A stretch of DNA of 54,199 nt from Octopus bimaculoides (Eukaryota), in NCBI RefSeq assembly GCF_001194135.2, contig NC_069002.1:10621172-10675370 (forward strand), read 5' to 3'. Positions within the stretch are counted from its first letter, which is position 1. The number at the start of each line of letters is the position of its first letter. The notes under the pieces were generated by a model. The model had not been told where the DNA came from. It saw only the letters and a program-made list of their open reading frames with translations, and made no database searches. The translations under genes and the position numbers were made by a program. Below are positions 1 through 13,440 of this stretch, piece after piece.

Positions 1-435
1 ACTTCAATTTATTTAAGTAATGTGAGCATTACCTTAAATGCAATATGAAGAGCAATCTTCAGCTGCACGAAAAAATGTAGAAAAAAGACATATTACAAAT
101 GTGGCAACATATTAAAACCAAGTGGGAGAGAGCAGAGGAAGAATATATAAGTCATATATATATATATATATATATATATAAGTAACAGGCTTTAAGAAAA
201 AAAAAAGTACTGGGGCCGATACATTCGACTAAAAATTCTTCAAGGCGGTGCCCCAGCATGGCCGCAGTCTAATGCCTGTAAAACCAGTAAAAGACGAAAA
301 ATAAAGATGCGTTCGCACACTTGCCCATTGTGCCGCTCAGTGATACTGAACTGGAAACCGCGTGGTTGCCAAACGAGCTTCTTAAACGCACAAGCCGACC
401 GGCAGCCGTACCTGAGACAAAACACCCGTTCTCAC

Positions 436-503
436 TTTATTTGTTATAAACATACGGAAAAGCTTTTCCTCCTCGCCATTATTATTATTATTTATCCTGC
501 ATT
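436..503 (-). CDS. Candidate 68-nt exon (xRINNNNNGEEEKLFRMFITNK)
   Basis: On the minus strand: ttgtctgtatag| acceptor and AAA|gtgaga donor, one open frame. No partner exon found. Confidence 0.2.
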
Positions 504-1319
504 CTATACAGACAATACACAATATGACATGCAGACGAGAAAATGCGTCGCCGACCCACATATTACACAGACAGACAAGCAGGCAGCAGGCAGGAAAGAC
601 AAGGCAAGGCCTATTTGGCCATTTAGATGGCGGTAGTAATACACACACACACATATATATATATATGTTTATCACTAAACCGGGGTGTTGCTGACTGTTT
701 GTAAATCATTGTGACTAAACCCGCTACCACCCTACATTTTCTGTCGCTAAGATATATATACATGTATGTATCCGTAGTATATCATAAAAGCCGTAACAGA
801 CTTGAAATGAATAAAACTGGGTCATCTGTCCCTTGTAAAGTTAAAGTTTTTTTGTGTTTAATAAAAGAAGCGCTGCGGTGACGGAGGTGTCGAAGGCGGG
901 CTTGGTCACACATAAGTGTTCTTTCTTTCTTTCTTTCTTCTCTCTTCCCTTTCTCTCTCTCTCTCTATATATATATTTCTCCTGCAAACCACTCACGCAC
1001 ACATTTAAGCACGTACATTTCATGCATGAAGTGTATGTTACGTATTGATAAGCGCTTTCATGTCTCGCTGTGCCGTCTGCAGATTTTCAGAGAAGTTTTG
1101 TATGTGTGTGTGAGGATTTTTAGTCGAAGAAATCGACCCCAGGCCTTATTCTTTGTGAACTTAGTACTTATTCTACCGCTGTCTTATTTTCCAAACTGCT
1201 AAGTTACGGGGACATAAAGACACCAACATCGGTTGTCAAACGATGGTGCGGGTACAAACACAGACACACACATAAATATGTGTGTGTGTGTATGTATATC
1301 TCTTTCTCTCTTTTCTCTT

Positions 1320-1692
1320 TTACTTGTTTGACTGTGGCCATGCTGGAGCACCGCCTTTAGTCGAGAAAATCAACCCCAGGACTTATTATTTGTAAGCCTA
1401 GTACTTATTTTATCGGTCTCTTGCCGAACTGCTAAGTTACGGGGACGTGAACACACCAGCATCGGTTGTCAAGCGATGTTGGGGGGACAAACACAGACAC
1501 ACAAACATATACACACACACACACACATATATATACGACAGGCTTCTTTCAGTTTCCGTCTACCAAATCCGCTCACAAAGGTTTGGTCGGACCGAGGCTA
1601 TAGCAGAGCACATTTGCCCAAGGTGCTTCGCAGTACTGTAACTGTACCCGGAACCATGTGGGAAGCAAGCTTCTTACCACACAGCCACGCCT
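1320..1692 (-). mobile_element. tRNA-derived CORE-like SINE (family A), near full length
   Basis: Reverse complement of GGCGTAGGAGTGGCTGTGTGGTAAG...GGTTCAGTCCC...GGCACCTTGGGCAAGTGTCTT. A second partial copy lies at about 1110-1300. Confidence 0.85.
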
Positions 1693-1872
1693 TGGCAAAC
1701 AAATTCTGCTTATTTTCATTCCGTATCGCGTCCTCCTTTGGACGCTTTCAATATTGGATCAAACATACTCTCTCTCTTTTTCTCTCTTAGGAATAGGTCC
1801 TAGTATTCAGTTTCTCTTTCCTCATGTTCGAAACGTTGGAGCTTCCCCGTTCCGAACAGACATACCCAATTT

Positions 1873-2019
1873 GGTAAATTTTCAGATTAACACCCGCACG
1901 ATTTTAATAGGGTTTTAAGGTCAGGGTTACGGTTAGGGCCAGGGAATTCCGTCCCTAACCGAAACCCTAACCCTGACACGCCAGTGAAAATCGTGCGGGT
2001 GTTAATCTGAAAAGTTACC
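1873..2019. mobile_element. Short palindromic MITE-like element with internal telomere-like motifs
   Basis: Perfect 27-bp inverted repeat TTTTCAGATTAACACCCGCACGATTTT (1879-1905 and 1987-2013); inner GGTTAGGG / CCCTAACC repeats. Confidence 0.75.
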
Positions 2020-2651
2020 CCCAATTTATATAATTTTACTCCGAAAGAATATAGCTGAGAAGCAACATTTGTGATTTGCGGACAGGGAGTTGATTTGTGC
2101 GTTTTGTACGAAATTTGGTCCTCAAAATCACTGCTGTAACTTCTCACCTATAATAATTGTTCCAAATTTTGACAGCAATTTTAGGGGTAGAATCTAAGTC
2201 GATTACATCGAACAACCACCCCTGTACTCCATTTTATCAACCCCGAAAGGATGAAAGCATACAAAATAATAATAATAATAATAATTCTTTCTGCAATATG
2301 CACAAGGTCTGAAATTTTAGGAGATGGAGCTAGTCAGTTCGACTGGTTGTTATTTTAGCGATCCCGAAAGGGCGAAAGTTAAAATCGACCTCAACGGAAT
2401 TTGAACCCAGGACGTAAAGGCACACGAAATAGCGCTAAGCACTTTTGTTCGGCGTGCTAACGAGTCTTACAAGTTCGCCGCTTGATAATATAGTGATTAA
2501 TAATAACCGAACACGCTCATTTGTAACAAACAGTTCTCTTCTTCCTTCAACACATACATACATACGCGCGTACACGCGCGCGCACACACACACACACGCC
2601 GGTTTGGTATGACAGAAAAAAAATAGCACTCCATACATGACTGTGTGTATG

Positions 2652-2721
<70 letters not shown>

Positions 2722-3403
2722 TATATACAAACCTTAAAACAGTGACACAGTTATAACATAGACAACATGCCAAACATCGTCTCCTTGTTTCCCCTCCTAT
2801 GATATGACAACCCCTCACTCACTCTCTCCCTCTCTCATCTACTCTTTCTTTCTCTCTCCGCACTCATTTGTATTTTATCGCCCTCCCACTTTCCCTCCTA
2901 CCGTTTCCTTCCTCTTCTACACACTGCTTCTCTCTCAATCCACCCCTCTCTCTTTCTTATCTATCTGTCTCTCTCAAACCCGTCGCTCATATTTCCCTCC
3001 CACCCTCATAACTAAATCTCCTCCTGCTCTTCCTCTCTCTACAGTCCTCCTTCTTTTTCTCACACATGTCTATGTCTTATTACATGAAATTTACCAAAAT
3101 TCTGTCACTTGGCAATTCCGGTATGGCTTTCTTTAAACATGTTTTCTGGACCACTTTCAAAGTTTTTTTTCTCTCCCCTTCCATCTATATTTGTGCCTCC
3201 TCTTTGTTGATCGTTCTATTGTTTAGATTTTCTAAGGTAAAGTTCCGTTATGGATGGAACTTGTCCAACCTTGCACTCTAGTGTACAACATATCTTGCTT
3301 TTTTCTCTGATTGACTCCAGTTCTTTGTCCGAAACTGGTGTTCTCTCTCTTGAACTAGCATTGTAATCATTCCACTTACTGTGTCTGTCTGTTTGTTTGT
3401 CTT

Positions 3404-3435
<32 letters not shown>

Positions 3436-4049
3436 CATACATGTATTTATATATATATATAAACATGTTTTTATTCGAATTGACATTATTATAAGTTTAA
3501 CCGACACAAAAAGCACGTCCGATTGTACTTTAATGATATCGTGCTGTGTGCGCGTACACACACACGCACACACACACATATATATATATACACGCGCGCG
3601 CGCCCTCATATAAAACATATTTTGACTGTATTGTTAGCCTTTCTGTGTACACATTGTTCATATTCAAACACTGTATTTTTGTTTAATTCGTAAACACACA
3701 CACAAACACACATATACACATACACGATCCGACCAGAGCGCGCCAACTACGACGTTCGAGTTGCTAGAAACAACAGCCCAAATCCCCTTCACATAACAAG
3801 CATACACAAACACATCTTCCTCTCCTCCTCTACCATCTTCAACACGAATAATAAGGACAACGAACCCCTAGATACCACTAAAGACAGACACGGGTGATCG
3901 ACCATTCTACTGGAATGCCTTCGGCTATACATTTCCACAATCAAAACTGGCCTTGCGCTTAAACACCAATAACATATTTAGACATATAGTTCGGCTCGGT
4001 TTGGGCTGGAACAAGGATCTTCAACGTCCTTGACCTTCGCAGCCCCTTT

Positions 4050-4097
4050 TTTAAAGCCGGCGCGGCAGACACGATGCTGTGCTCCAATTAAGTAAGT
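4050..4097 (+). promoter_or_regulatory. Candidate non-coding first exon and donor with a short uORF (MLCSN*)
   Basis: CpG-rich patch GCCGGCGCGGC followed by the canonical donor AA|gtaagt at 4092. Linkage to the 13865 exon is inferred only. Confidence 0.25.
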
Positions 4098-4199
4098 TGG
4101 ATTGGAGATTTGGTTGCAGAAAAGAAGAAAAAATGTGCACGGAGTGTGCACGAAACGGTTCTAGCAGCCTGACCTTCTGGGGGAAAAAAAGAACCAGAA

Positions 4200-4511
4200 T
4201 GATGTCTGTATATCTATCTGTGTATTTATGTTTCTGTGTAGTTGTTTGTGTGTGTATATATATATATATGTTTGTGTGTATATATATGTGTGTATATATA
4301 TGTATGTGTATATATATATGTATATGTATATATATATGTATATGTATATATATATGTATATGTATATATATATGTATATGTATATATATATATGTATGTA
4401 TATATATATATATATATATTTGTATGTATATCTATATATATATGTATATATATATATGTGTGTGTGTATGTATATCTATATATGTATATATGTATGTATA
4501 TATATATATGT
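4200..4511. repeat. (TA)n/(TG)n compound microsatellite; many similar tracts occur throughout (e.g. 2640-2730, 26660-26800, 40190-41300, 46980-47200, 53720-54199)
   Basis: Direct inspection. Confidence 0.95.
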
Positions 4512-5598
4512 NNNNNNNNNNNNNNNNNNNNNNNNNNNNNNNNNNNNNNNNNNNNNNNNNNNNNNNNNNNNNNNNNNNNNNNNNNNNNNNNNNNNNNNNN
4601 NNNNNNNNNNNNNNNNNNNNNNNNNNNNNNNNNNNNNNNNNNNNNNNNNNNNNNNNNNNNNNNNNNNNNNNNNNNNNNNNNNNNNNNNNNNNNNNNNNNN
4701 NNNNNNNNNNACCGGTTGGTGTGTATATTCTTGTTATAGTGTAAACTTATATTCAATTACACGCGCGCACACACACACACTGACGCACACATACACGCGC
4801 GCACTTTACTTCGCACACACGCATGCACTTCTAAAGAACACTTGAACTTGTCACGTGATCGTGTTATGAAACTGTGTTGTGAAAAATGGTTTATAACATA
4901 ATTAGTTGCGTATTTGCATGTTTGCGCTTGTTTGCCTGTAACTGTGTGCTTAACACGAGAAGGTTTTCAATGCTGTTTAACTCTGAGTCAGCCTCTACCG
5001 AGCAGGCCTATCTATGTATGATCAAATGCTGTCTATCCTGATTATATTTTGTCTTTTGTTTGAGAGGGCTATTTGGTTGCTATTTCTAGCGAACTCATTG
5101 CAGACTGCCTCGTTGGATCGTGTACGTTGGTTTTGTTTGTACATGCATTATGTCTTATTTAAGTAAACATGTGTATCTGTCTCTCTCTTTCTTTCTCTCT
5201 CATGCTTGTGTGTTGTGTTATATTTGTATATATTTGCTGGTTCCAGTCATTGACCTACAGCTAAAAGTACTATAAATCGATCATATCGACTCCATTTGAT
5301 AGATTATAGATTATTTCAGTCTGCTATAGATTTTACCGGTGTGCAGTTAGAAAATACCCTTGTTATCTTTAGAAATCACACACAGAATTGTAACCTATAG
5401 AATATATATATATATATATAATTTTTCATAGAAAACCATGTAATCGTTACCGATATAGCAAGGGATTTCAACTTATATGTTTGACTTAAATTTGACGGTC
5501 AAATATAGCCTTATACAGAAATGTTGACATAGGAATAAATTACAATAATAATGGATATTGTCATCAAATCTCTCTCTTAAATTTAAATTTAAAACTTT

Positions 5599-5629
<31 letters not shown>

Positions 5630-7607
5630 NNNNNNNNNNNNNNNNNNNNNNNNNNNNNNNNNNNNNNNNNNNNNNNNNNNNNNNNNNNNNNNNNNNNNNN
5701 NNNNNNNNNNNNNNNNNNNNNNNNNNNNNNNNNNNNNNNNNNNNNNNNNNNNNNNNNNNNNNNNNNNNNNNNNNNNNNNNNNNNNNNNNNNNNNNNNNNN
5801 NNNNNNNNNNNNNNNNNNNNNNNNNNNNNNNNNNNNNNNNNNNNNNNNNNNNNNNNNNNNNNNNNNNNNNNNNNNNNNNNNNNNNNNNNNNNNNNNNNNN
5901 NNNNNNNNNNNNNNNNNNNNNNNNNNNNNNNNNNNNNNNNNNNNNNNNNNNNNNNNNNNNNNNNNNNNNNNNNNNNNNNNNNNNNNNNNNNNNNNNNNNN
6001 NNNNNNNNNNNNNNNNNNNNNNNNNNNNNNNNNNNNNNNNNNNNNNNNNNNNNNNNNNNNNNNNNNNNNNNNNNNNNNNNNNNNNNNNNNNNNNNNNNNN
6101 NNNNNNNNNNNNNNNNNNNNNNNNNNNNNNNNNNNNNNNNNNNNNNNNNNNNNNNNNNNNNNNNNNNNNNNNNNNNNNNNNNNNNNNNNNNNNNNNNNNN
6201 NNNNNNNNNNNNNNNNNNNNNNNNNNNNNNNNNNNNNNNNNNNNNNNNNNNNNNNNNNNNNNNNNNNNNNNNNNNNNNNNNNNNNNNNNNNNNNNNNNNN
6301 NNNNNNNNNNNNNNNNNNNNNNNNNNNNNNNNNNNNNNNNNNNNNNNNNNNNNNNNNNNNNNNNNNNNNNNNNNNNNNNNNNNNNNNNNNNNNNNNNNNN
6401 NNNNNNNNNNNNNNNNNNNNNNNNNNNNNNNNNNNNNNNNNNNNNNNNNNNNNNNNNNNNNNNNNNNNNNNNNNNNNNNNNNNNNNNNNNNNNNNNNNNN
6501 NNNNNNNNNNNNNNNNNNNNNNNNNNNNNNNNNNNNNNNNNNNNNNNNNNNNNNNNNNNNNNNNNNNNNNNNNNNNNNNNNNNNNNNNNGTTTTTGTTTC
6601 GAGTGAGTTGTGTATGTGTGTGTGTGTTGGGACTTTTTGTGTTTGTTCAGTGTTTCATAACTCTGAGTTCAAGTTCTGCCGGTTATTGGTATTGATTATC
6701 TCCTTGGTGGTATTGGGACGGACGGACGGAGGGAGGGGGGGAGGCGGCTGTTTATGAGGTGGTCAGATAGAAAGCGCAGAAGCAGATGTTGGAAGACAAG
6801 CAGATAGGTAAAGAGAATGATAGAATGATAGTTGTAAAGTGAGGAGGAGTAGGAGGGAGAAAGAGAGAGAGAGGAGGAGGGGAAAGGTAGAGAGAGGGGA
6901 GAGAAGAAAATATAGATGGGTGGAGAAGTGTGAGGTGGTGATGAGGCAGTGAAAGCTTGAGAGGGGGGGGAGAAGCAAAAGGCAGATGTAGACATCAGAG
7001 AGAAGGAATTATGTGTATGGATAGAGAGGGGGGGAGAGTAAGGAGATTGATAAAGAGAGGGTGAAGATATTGCTCGAGGGGGAAAGTGAGAGGCAGAGAG
7101 AAAATAGACGTTGCTAGAGAGAAAGGAAGAGGTTGATGGAGAGAGGAGATTGTAAAGAAGCTGATGACGAAAAAGATATTGATGATGGTGGTAGAGAGAG
7201 AGAAATAGATAGATAGAGAGAGAGAGAATAGAAACATTGAGGAAGAGAGAGACAGAGGAAGTAAAAGACATTGCTGGAGAGAAAGAAAGTGATTGATGGA
7301 GATTGAAGGAGAGACTAAAGGCGCTGATGATTAGAGAAAGTAAAGATATTGATGAGTGGGGGAGGTTGATGGATGGGTGGCTATGGAGAGAAGATGAATA
7401 ATATGCTTGCAGTGGCAGATGATTGAAGAAACGAGAAGAAAAAAAGACCCTGGTTGGAGAGTATGAGTGAAGTATCCATTTGTCTGTCTGTCTGTTTGGC
7501 TGTCTTCCTCCTTTCTTGATCTGTCTGTACATGCACATCGCACTAGCTGCCTCTTCTCCCATTAATACCATCAAAGGAAAGATAACAAAAATTAAAAAAA
7601 TTAATAG

Positions 7608-7771
7608 GCATAGGAGTGGCTGTGTGGTAAGTAGCTTGCTTACCAACCACATGGTTCCAGGTTCAGTCCCACTGCGTGGCATCTTGGGCAAGTGTCTTCT
7701 ATTACAGCCTTGGGCCGACCAAAGCCATGGGAGTGGATTTGGTAGACGGAAACTGAAAGAAGCCTGTCGTA

Positions 7772-7775
<4 letters not shown>
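7608..7775 (+). mobile_element. SINE family A, 5' half running into a gap
   Basis: GGCATAGGAGTGGCTGTGTGGTAAG...GGTTCAGTCCCACTGCGTGGC. Confidence 0.8.
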
Positions 7776-7806
<31 letters not shown>

Positions 7807-9112
7807 NNNNNNNNNNNNNNNNNNNNNNNNNNNNNNNNNNNNNNNNNNNNNNNNNNNNNNNNNNNNNNNNNNNNNNNNNNNNNNNNNNNNNNNNNNNNNN
7901 NNNNNNNNNNNNNNNNNNNNNNNNNNNNNNNNNNNNNNNNNNNNNNNNNNNNNNNNNNNNNNNNNNNNNNNNNNNNNNNNNNNNNNNNNNNNNNNNNNNN
8001 NNNNNNNNNNNNNNNNNNNNNNNNNNNNNNNNNNNNNNNNNNNNNNNNNNNNNNNNNNNNNNNNNNNNNNNNNNNNNNNNNNNNNNNNNNNNNNNNNNNN
8101 NNNNNNNNNNNNNNNNNNNNNNNNNNNNNNNNNNNNNNNNNNNNNNNNNNNNNNNNNNNNNNNNNNNNNNNNNNNNNNNNNNNNNNNNNNNNNNNNNNNN
8201 NNNNNNNNNNNNNNNNNNNNNNNNNNNNNNNNNNNNNNNNNNNNNNNNNNNNNNNNNNNNNNNNNNNNNNNNNNNNNNNNNNNNNNNNNNNNNNNNNNNN
8301 NNNNNNNNNNNNNNNNNNNNNNNNNNNNNNNNNNNNNNNNGGCATGCTAACAATTCTTTTCTACTCTAGGCACAAGGCCTGATATTTTGGGGGAGTGGGG
8401 CCAGTCGGTTAGATCGATCCCCAGTACACAACTGGTACTTGATTTATTGACCCCGAAAGGATGAAAGGCAGTCGACCTCAGCGGAATTTGAACTCGAATA
8501 CCGCTAAGCATTTTGCCTGGTGTGCTAACAATTCTGCCAGCTCACCACCTTAATGATAATAATAATAATAATCCTTTCTACTGTAGGCACAAGGCCTGAA
8601 ATTTTTTTAGTGGATGAGGCTAATCGATTACATCGACTCCACCCCACCCCACCCTCCATCCCAGTAGTCATCTGCTACTTATTTCATCGCCCCCCAAAAG
8701 GATGAAAGGCAAAGTTGACCTTGGTGGAATTTGAACTTAGAAGCATTTTGTCCAACATGGTAATGATTCTGCCAGTTCATTACCTTAGTAAAAATAATAA
8801 TAATAATAATATGGGCTACAGCAAATATTCTGCTCAATACCACAGATTTGCTTGTCGTTTGTTTGACCATAACCAGTTGAGCATGTCCCCTAGTACTTAT
8901 TCTATCAGTCTCTTTTGCCAAACTGCTAAGTTACAGAGATGTAGACACACCGACACTAAGTTGTCAAGTGGTGATGGGACAGGGCATCCAGCTGTAGAAA
9001 CTCTACCAAATCAGATTGTTGGCTGGTGTTGCCATCCGGTTTCACCAGTCCTCAGTCAAATCGTCCAACCCATGATAGCATGGAAAGCGGACGTTAAACG
9101 ATGATGATGACG

Positions 9113-9143
<31 letters not shown>

Positions 9144-9304
9144 TAACGGGGTTCTTTCAATTTCTGCCTACCAAATCCACTCACTAGACTTTGGTTGGCC
9201 TGAGGCTTTAGTGGAAGAAACTGCCCAAGGTGTGACGCTGTGGGACTAAGCTCAGAACCATATGGTTGGAAGGCAAGCTTCTTACTAAACAGCCATGTCT
9301 GCAC

Positions 9305-10268
9305 CTATATCTAAATCATCTCCATGCTCGAATCAAGTGGTCCTGGTTCATTTTGGACATTACTCTGACTATGGCAGCTTTCAAAGAATCTTTAATGTTA
9401 TGGGCATGTTCGTTGACCTCTCTCTCAACAACGCTCCACATCTAATAGTCCAATGGATTGAGATCTGGGGAATTAGGAGGCCAAATGTTAGGGGTTATGT
9501 GATCCTGAAAATTTTCAGTCATCCATTCTTGTGTTACTAGAGCAATGTGTAATAGTGCAGAGTCTTACTGAAATACATATGGCCTTCCATTGCATACACT
9601 GTCTATTCAGGGCTTAACAATTATTTCCAGGACCTTAATGTAGGTGGCAGAGTTAATTCTAAGGCCTTGTGGAAAGAAGTAAGGAGGCATCACATATCCT
9701 TCATTGCTGACAGCCCCTAAAACCATGACAGTTGCGGGAAATTTTGTATGCATAACATATGAAACTGCCGAAGGGTCTGCAGATAACCATCTGTCATTTC
9801 TTCTGTTAATTTTTTGATCTTGGTCAGAGTTTTTCTCGTTTGAGAAAAAACAAATCAAATCTTTTTCTGCTGGATTTTTCAGTTTGTTTAAGAGACTTTT
9901 AGATCTGATGTGATTTTCTTTTGCTTTTTCTGACAAATTGACCTTTCCTCATCATATAAGACTTATATATCTGATGTCTTCATGGACAACATTCCTGACT
10001 GTTCCTTCTGACACATGGAGATCTTTTGCAATTGACCTCATCGACTTTCTGGGATTGTAATCAATGGTTTGTTGAACTTGCTGGATAAATTCAGGTGTTC
10101 TGATGATTTCAGAGCATTTAGAATGCTTTTCATGCTTTGATACTGGTGACACAAGCCACAATAACAGCATGCCTCTTCGTTTCTTGATTAAGCTGAGCTT
10201 CTGCCATTATTATTTTCTGAAACAAAGATTATACAGAATTAGCAAAAAATGCAGCAATGACCCCCCTG
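9305..10268 (-). mobile_element. Degenerate Tc1/mariner element, maT (DD37D, Bmmar1-like) type transposase pseudogene
   Basis: Minus-strand peptides FFSNEKNSDQDQKINRRNDRWL, VMHTKFPATVMVLGAVSNEG and IWPPNSPDLNPLDY. Terminal repeat TA|CAGGGGGGTCATTGCTG at 10268; the other end is replaced by a SINE. Confidence 0.85.
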
Positions 10269-10273
10269 TATAT

Positions 10274-10615
10274 GTAGGTGCAGGAGTGGCTGTGTGGTAA
10301 GAAGCTTGCTTCCCAACCACATGGTTCCAGGTTCAGTCCCACTGCGTGGCACCTTTGGCAAGTGTCTTCTGTTATAGCCTCGGGCTGACCAAAGCCTTGT
10401 AGATTTGGTAGATGGAAACTGAAAGAAGCCTGTGGTATATATGTATATGTTTGTATGTCTGTGTTTGTCCCCCCACTATCACTTGACAACCAATGTTGGT
10501 GTGTTTACGTCCCCGTAACTTAGCGGTTCGGCAAAAGTATCCAATGGAATAAGTCCTGGGGTCGATTTGTTCCACTAAAGGTGGTGCTCCAGCACGGCCA
10601 CAAACAGATAAAAGA
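10274..10615 (+). mobile_element. SINE family A
   Basis: Same head, CORE-like segment and tail as the other copies. Confidence 0.8.
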
Positions 10616-11228
10616 CTATATATACACATGAAATGATGTATATATATGTCTATGTATGCAAGTATGTGTGATGGGTACACACACATATATAGACTAAACA
10701 GGAAGATGTAAGAAAGCTACACACCTTAGCTCAGTGAAAGAAAGGTAGACTTATATTGAATAGTGAAGGTGGAGTGATAATATGGGGGTGGGGTGGAGGA
10801 GGAGAGGAAGAATATAAGTAAACAGGTAGGTGGTGGGGGAATTGGGGGGGGGGCGAGTATATAGTCAGAGGAATTAACCAAATAGCACAGGTGGTAGTTG
10901 TAGTGGTGGTGGTGGTGGTTGAAAGCTATATTTAATTGCCCAGGTAATGGAGACAAGCTGGGTTCCAAATTACTTCGTCTGTGTGTGTATGTGTGTCTTA
11001 CTCTCTTCTTGCTTTACCTCAGTCTTCTAACATTTTGTTGTGTATCATTCAAAAATAAGAGATACATGTTACCTGAAGCCATTGTAGAAGATGCTTGCTC
11101 AAGGTACTGTGCGCTAGGACTGAAGCTGAAACCACATGACTGAGAAATGAGTTTCTTAACCACACAGCCACACCTGTACCTATTCCTAATTCCATTGGTA
11201 ATAATTATTCCAAGCAGCAAGTAGTGTT

Positions 11229-11259
<31 letters not shown>

Positions 11260-11679
11260 CCAGTACCGCCTGACTGGCCTTCGTAGGATTTTCGAGCGAG
11301 ATCGTTGCTAGTGCCCCTGGACTGGCTCTTGTGCAGGTGGCACATAAAATACACCATTTTGAGCGTGGCCGTTGCCAGTACCACCTGACTGGCCTTCGTG
11401 CGGGTGACACGTAAAAGCACTCACTACACTCTCAGAGTGGTTGGCGTTAGGAAGGACATCCAGCTGTAGAAACTCTGCCAAATCAGATTGGAGCCTGGTG
11501 TAGCCATCTGGTTTCACCAGTCCTCAGTCAAATCGTCCAACCCATGCTNNNNNNNNNNNNNNNNNNNNNNNNNNNNNNNNNNNNNNNNNNNNNNNNNNNN
11601 NNNNNNNNNNNNNNNNNNNNNNNNNNNNNNNNNNNNNNNNNNNNNNNNNNNNNNNNNNNNNNNNNNNNNNNNNNNNGCT

Positions 11680-11890
11680 TTTTATCTTGTTTTGGTCATT
11701 AGACTGTGGCTATGCTGGGGCACCACCATGAAGAATGTTAAGTCATATGTATCAACCCAAGTACTTATTTTTTAAAAAGCCTGGTACTTATTCTATCAGT
11801 CTCTTTTGCTGCGCTGCTAAGTTATGAGGACATAAACACACCAACACCAGTTGTCGAGTGGTAATGGGGAGACAAACATGCATAGATAGA

Positions 11891-11931
<41 letters not shown>

Positions 11932-12313
11932 GACGGTCTTCTTTCAGTTTCCATTTAGCAAATCCACTCACAAGGCTTTGGTTGACCCAAGGCTATAATA
12001 GAAGACATTTGCACAAGATGCCATGCAGTGGGACTGAACCCGGAACCATGTGGTTGGTAAGCAAGCTTCTTACCACACATCCACAACTGCACCTATATAT
12101 ATTTACTCTTACTTGTTTCAGCCTTTTGAGACTGTGGCCATGCTGGAGCACTGCCTTTTAGTCGAGCAAATCGACCCCAGGACTTATTCTTTAGAAGCCT
12201 AGTACTTATTCTTTCGCTCTCTTTTGCCGAACCGCTAAGTTACGGGGACATAAACACACCAGCATTGGTTGTCAAGCGATGTTGGGGGAACAAACACACA
12301 CATACAAACATAT

Positions 12314-12388
<75 letters not shown>

Positions 12389-12552
12389 TACAACGGGCTT
12401 CTTTCAGTTTCCGTCTACCAAATCCACTCACAAGGCTTTGGTCGGCCCGAGGCTATAGTAGAAGACACTTGCCCAAGATGCCGCGCAGTGGGACTGAATC
12501 CGGGACCATGTGGTTGGTAAGCTAGCTACTTACCACACAGCCACTCCTATGC
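11680..12552 (-). mobile_element. Two adjacent SINE family A copies (about 11680-12090 and 12103-12552)
   Basis: Both carry the family A head, CORE-like block, internal (TA)n and tail. Confidence 0.85.
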
Positions 12553-12784
12553 AGTCCTCGGGGATATTCAGCGTGACACAGAGTGTAACAAGGCTGACCC
12601 TTTGAATTACAGGCATAACAGAAACAGGAAGTAAGAGTATATATATATATATATATATATTATCTTTTTTATTTTATATTTTACTTGTTTCAGTCAGACT
12701 ACAGCCATGCTTGGGCACTGCTTTGAAGAAGATTTCGTTTTCCCAAATAACTGGGGAGTACACGGCCATGCCTGCAGCACATAT

Positions 12785-12975
12785 TAGATGAAGTTGGTAA
12801 CTTCAGACACCTAAGTGTACTAATTAGCCGTAGTTATTTACGGGTGTTGTGAAAATGATGTAACCAGAGTAAAAAGTGAGAATACTATTTCTTCTTGTGG
12901 AAACTGAGAGCTGCTTGCATGAGTAAAGCTCTGGTGGTGTAGTGCTTACGTTACATGGTATGAAAGTATGACTAT
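12785..12975 (+). mobile_element. RTE-type reverse transcriptase fragment
   Basis: EVGNFRHLSVLIS resembles the EVVDSFxYLGDLIS motif; heavily decayed. Confidence 0.45.
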
Positions 12976-13177
12976 AGGCGCAGGCATGGCTGTGTGGTAA
13001 GAAGCTTGCTTCCCAATCACATGGTTCCAGGTTCAGTCCCACTGCGTGGCACCTTTTTTTTTATTAAGCATAAGTAGTCTGGGAACCTTTTGATACCTCC
13101 TCATACATCTGAACCAAAATATATATATAAATATATATTTTTATTTATATTTTTATATATATTTATATATATATCTA

Positions 13178-13440
13178 TTGCGTCATCCCATAAATAATGT
13201 GGTTTTTCATACTTCTATTTTTCAAAATTAATATAAACAAAGTTGTTTTCTAATCTAAAATATACTCTCCTTCATTTTCCACAATGCTCTTCCATCTGTC
13301 TGGTAGACTTGCAAAGCCCCCACTTCCAAAATTCACTTGCCTGTGATGGAAAATACTACTCCTGTACTGTTCTGACCTCCTCTGCAGAATTCATATTTTT
13401 TTCTGTCCAAATGAAGAATGTGGAATAAATGATAGGCAGG
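13178..13440 (-). mobile_element. 3' fragment of a mariner (DD34D-type) element with TIR
   Basis: Minus strand encodes ...LPDRWKSIVENEGEYILD* (frameshifted C-terminus). TA|TTGCGTCATCCCATAAATAATGTGGTTTTT resembles a mariner TIR. Confidence 0.75.

Noticed and set aside
1035-1099. ATG-initiated exon phase-compatible with 13865 (MLRIDKRFHVSLCRLQIFREVL)
   Set aside because: Phase match has a 1-in-3 chance, the donor is modest and it is 12.8 kb away with gaps; not supportable without RNA data.
4079-8382. Long ORFs made of YI/CV runs and X
   Set aside because: They are microsatellite and N-gap artefacts; the same applies at 14848-15800, 46979-48056 and 53809-54192.
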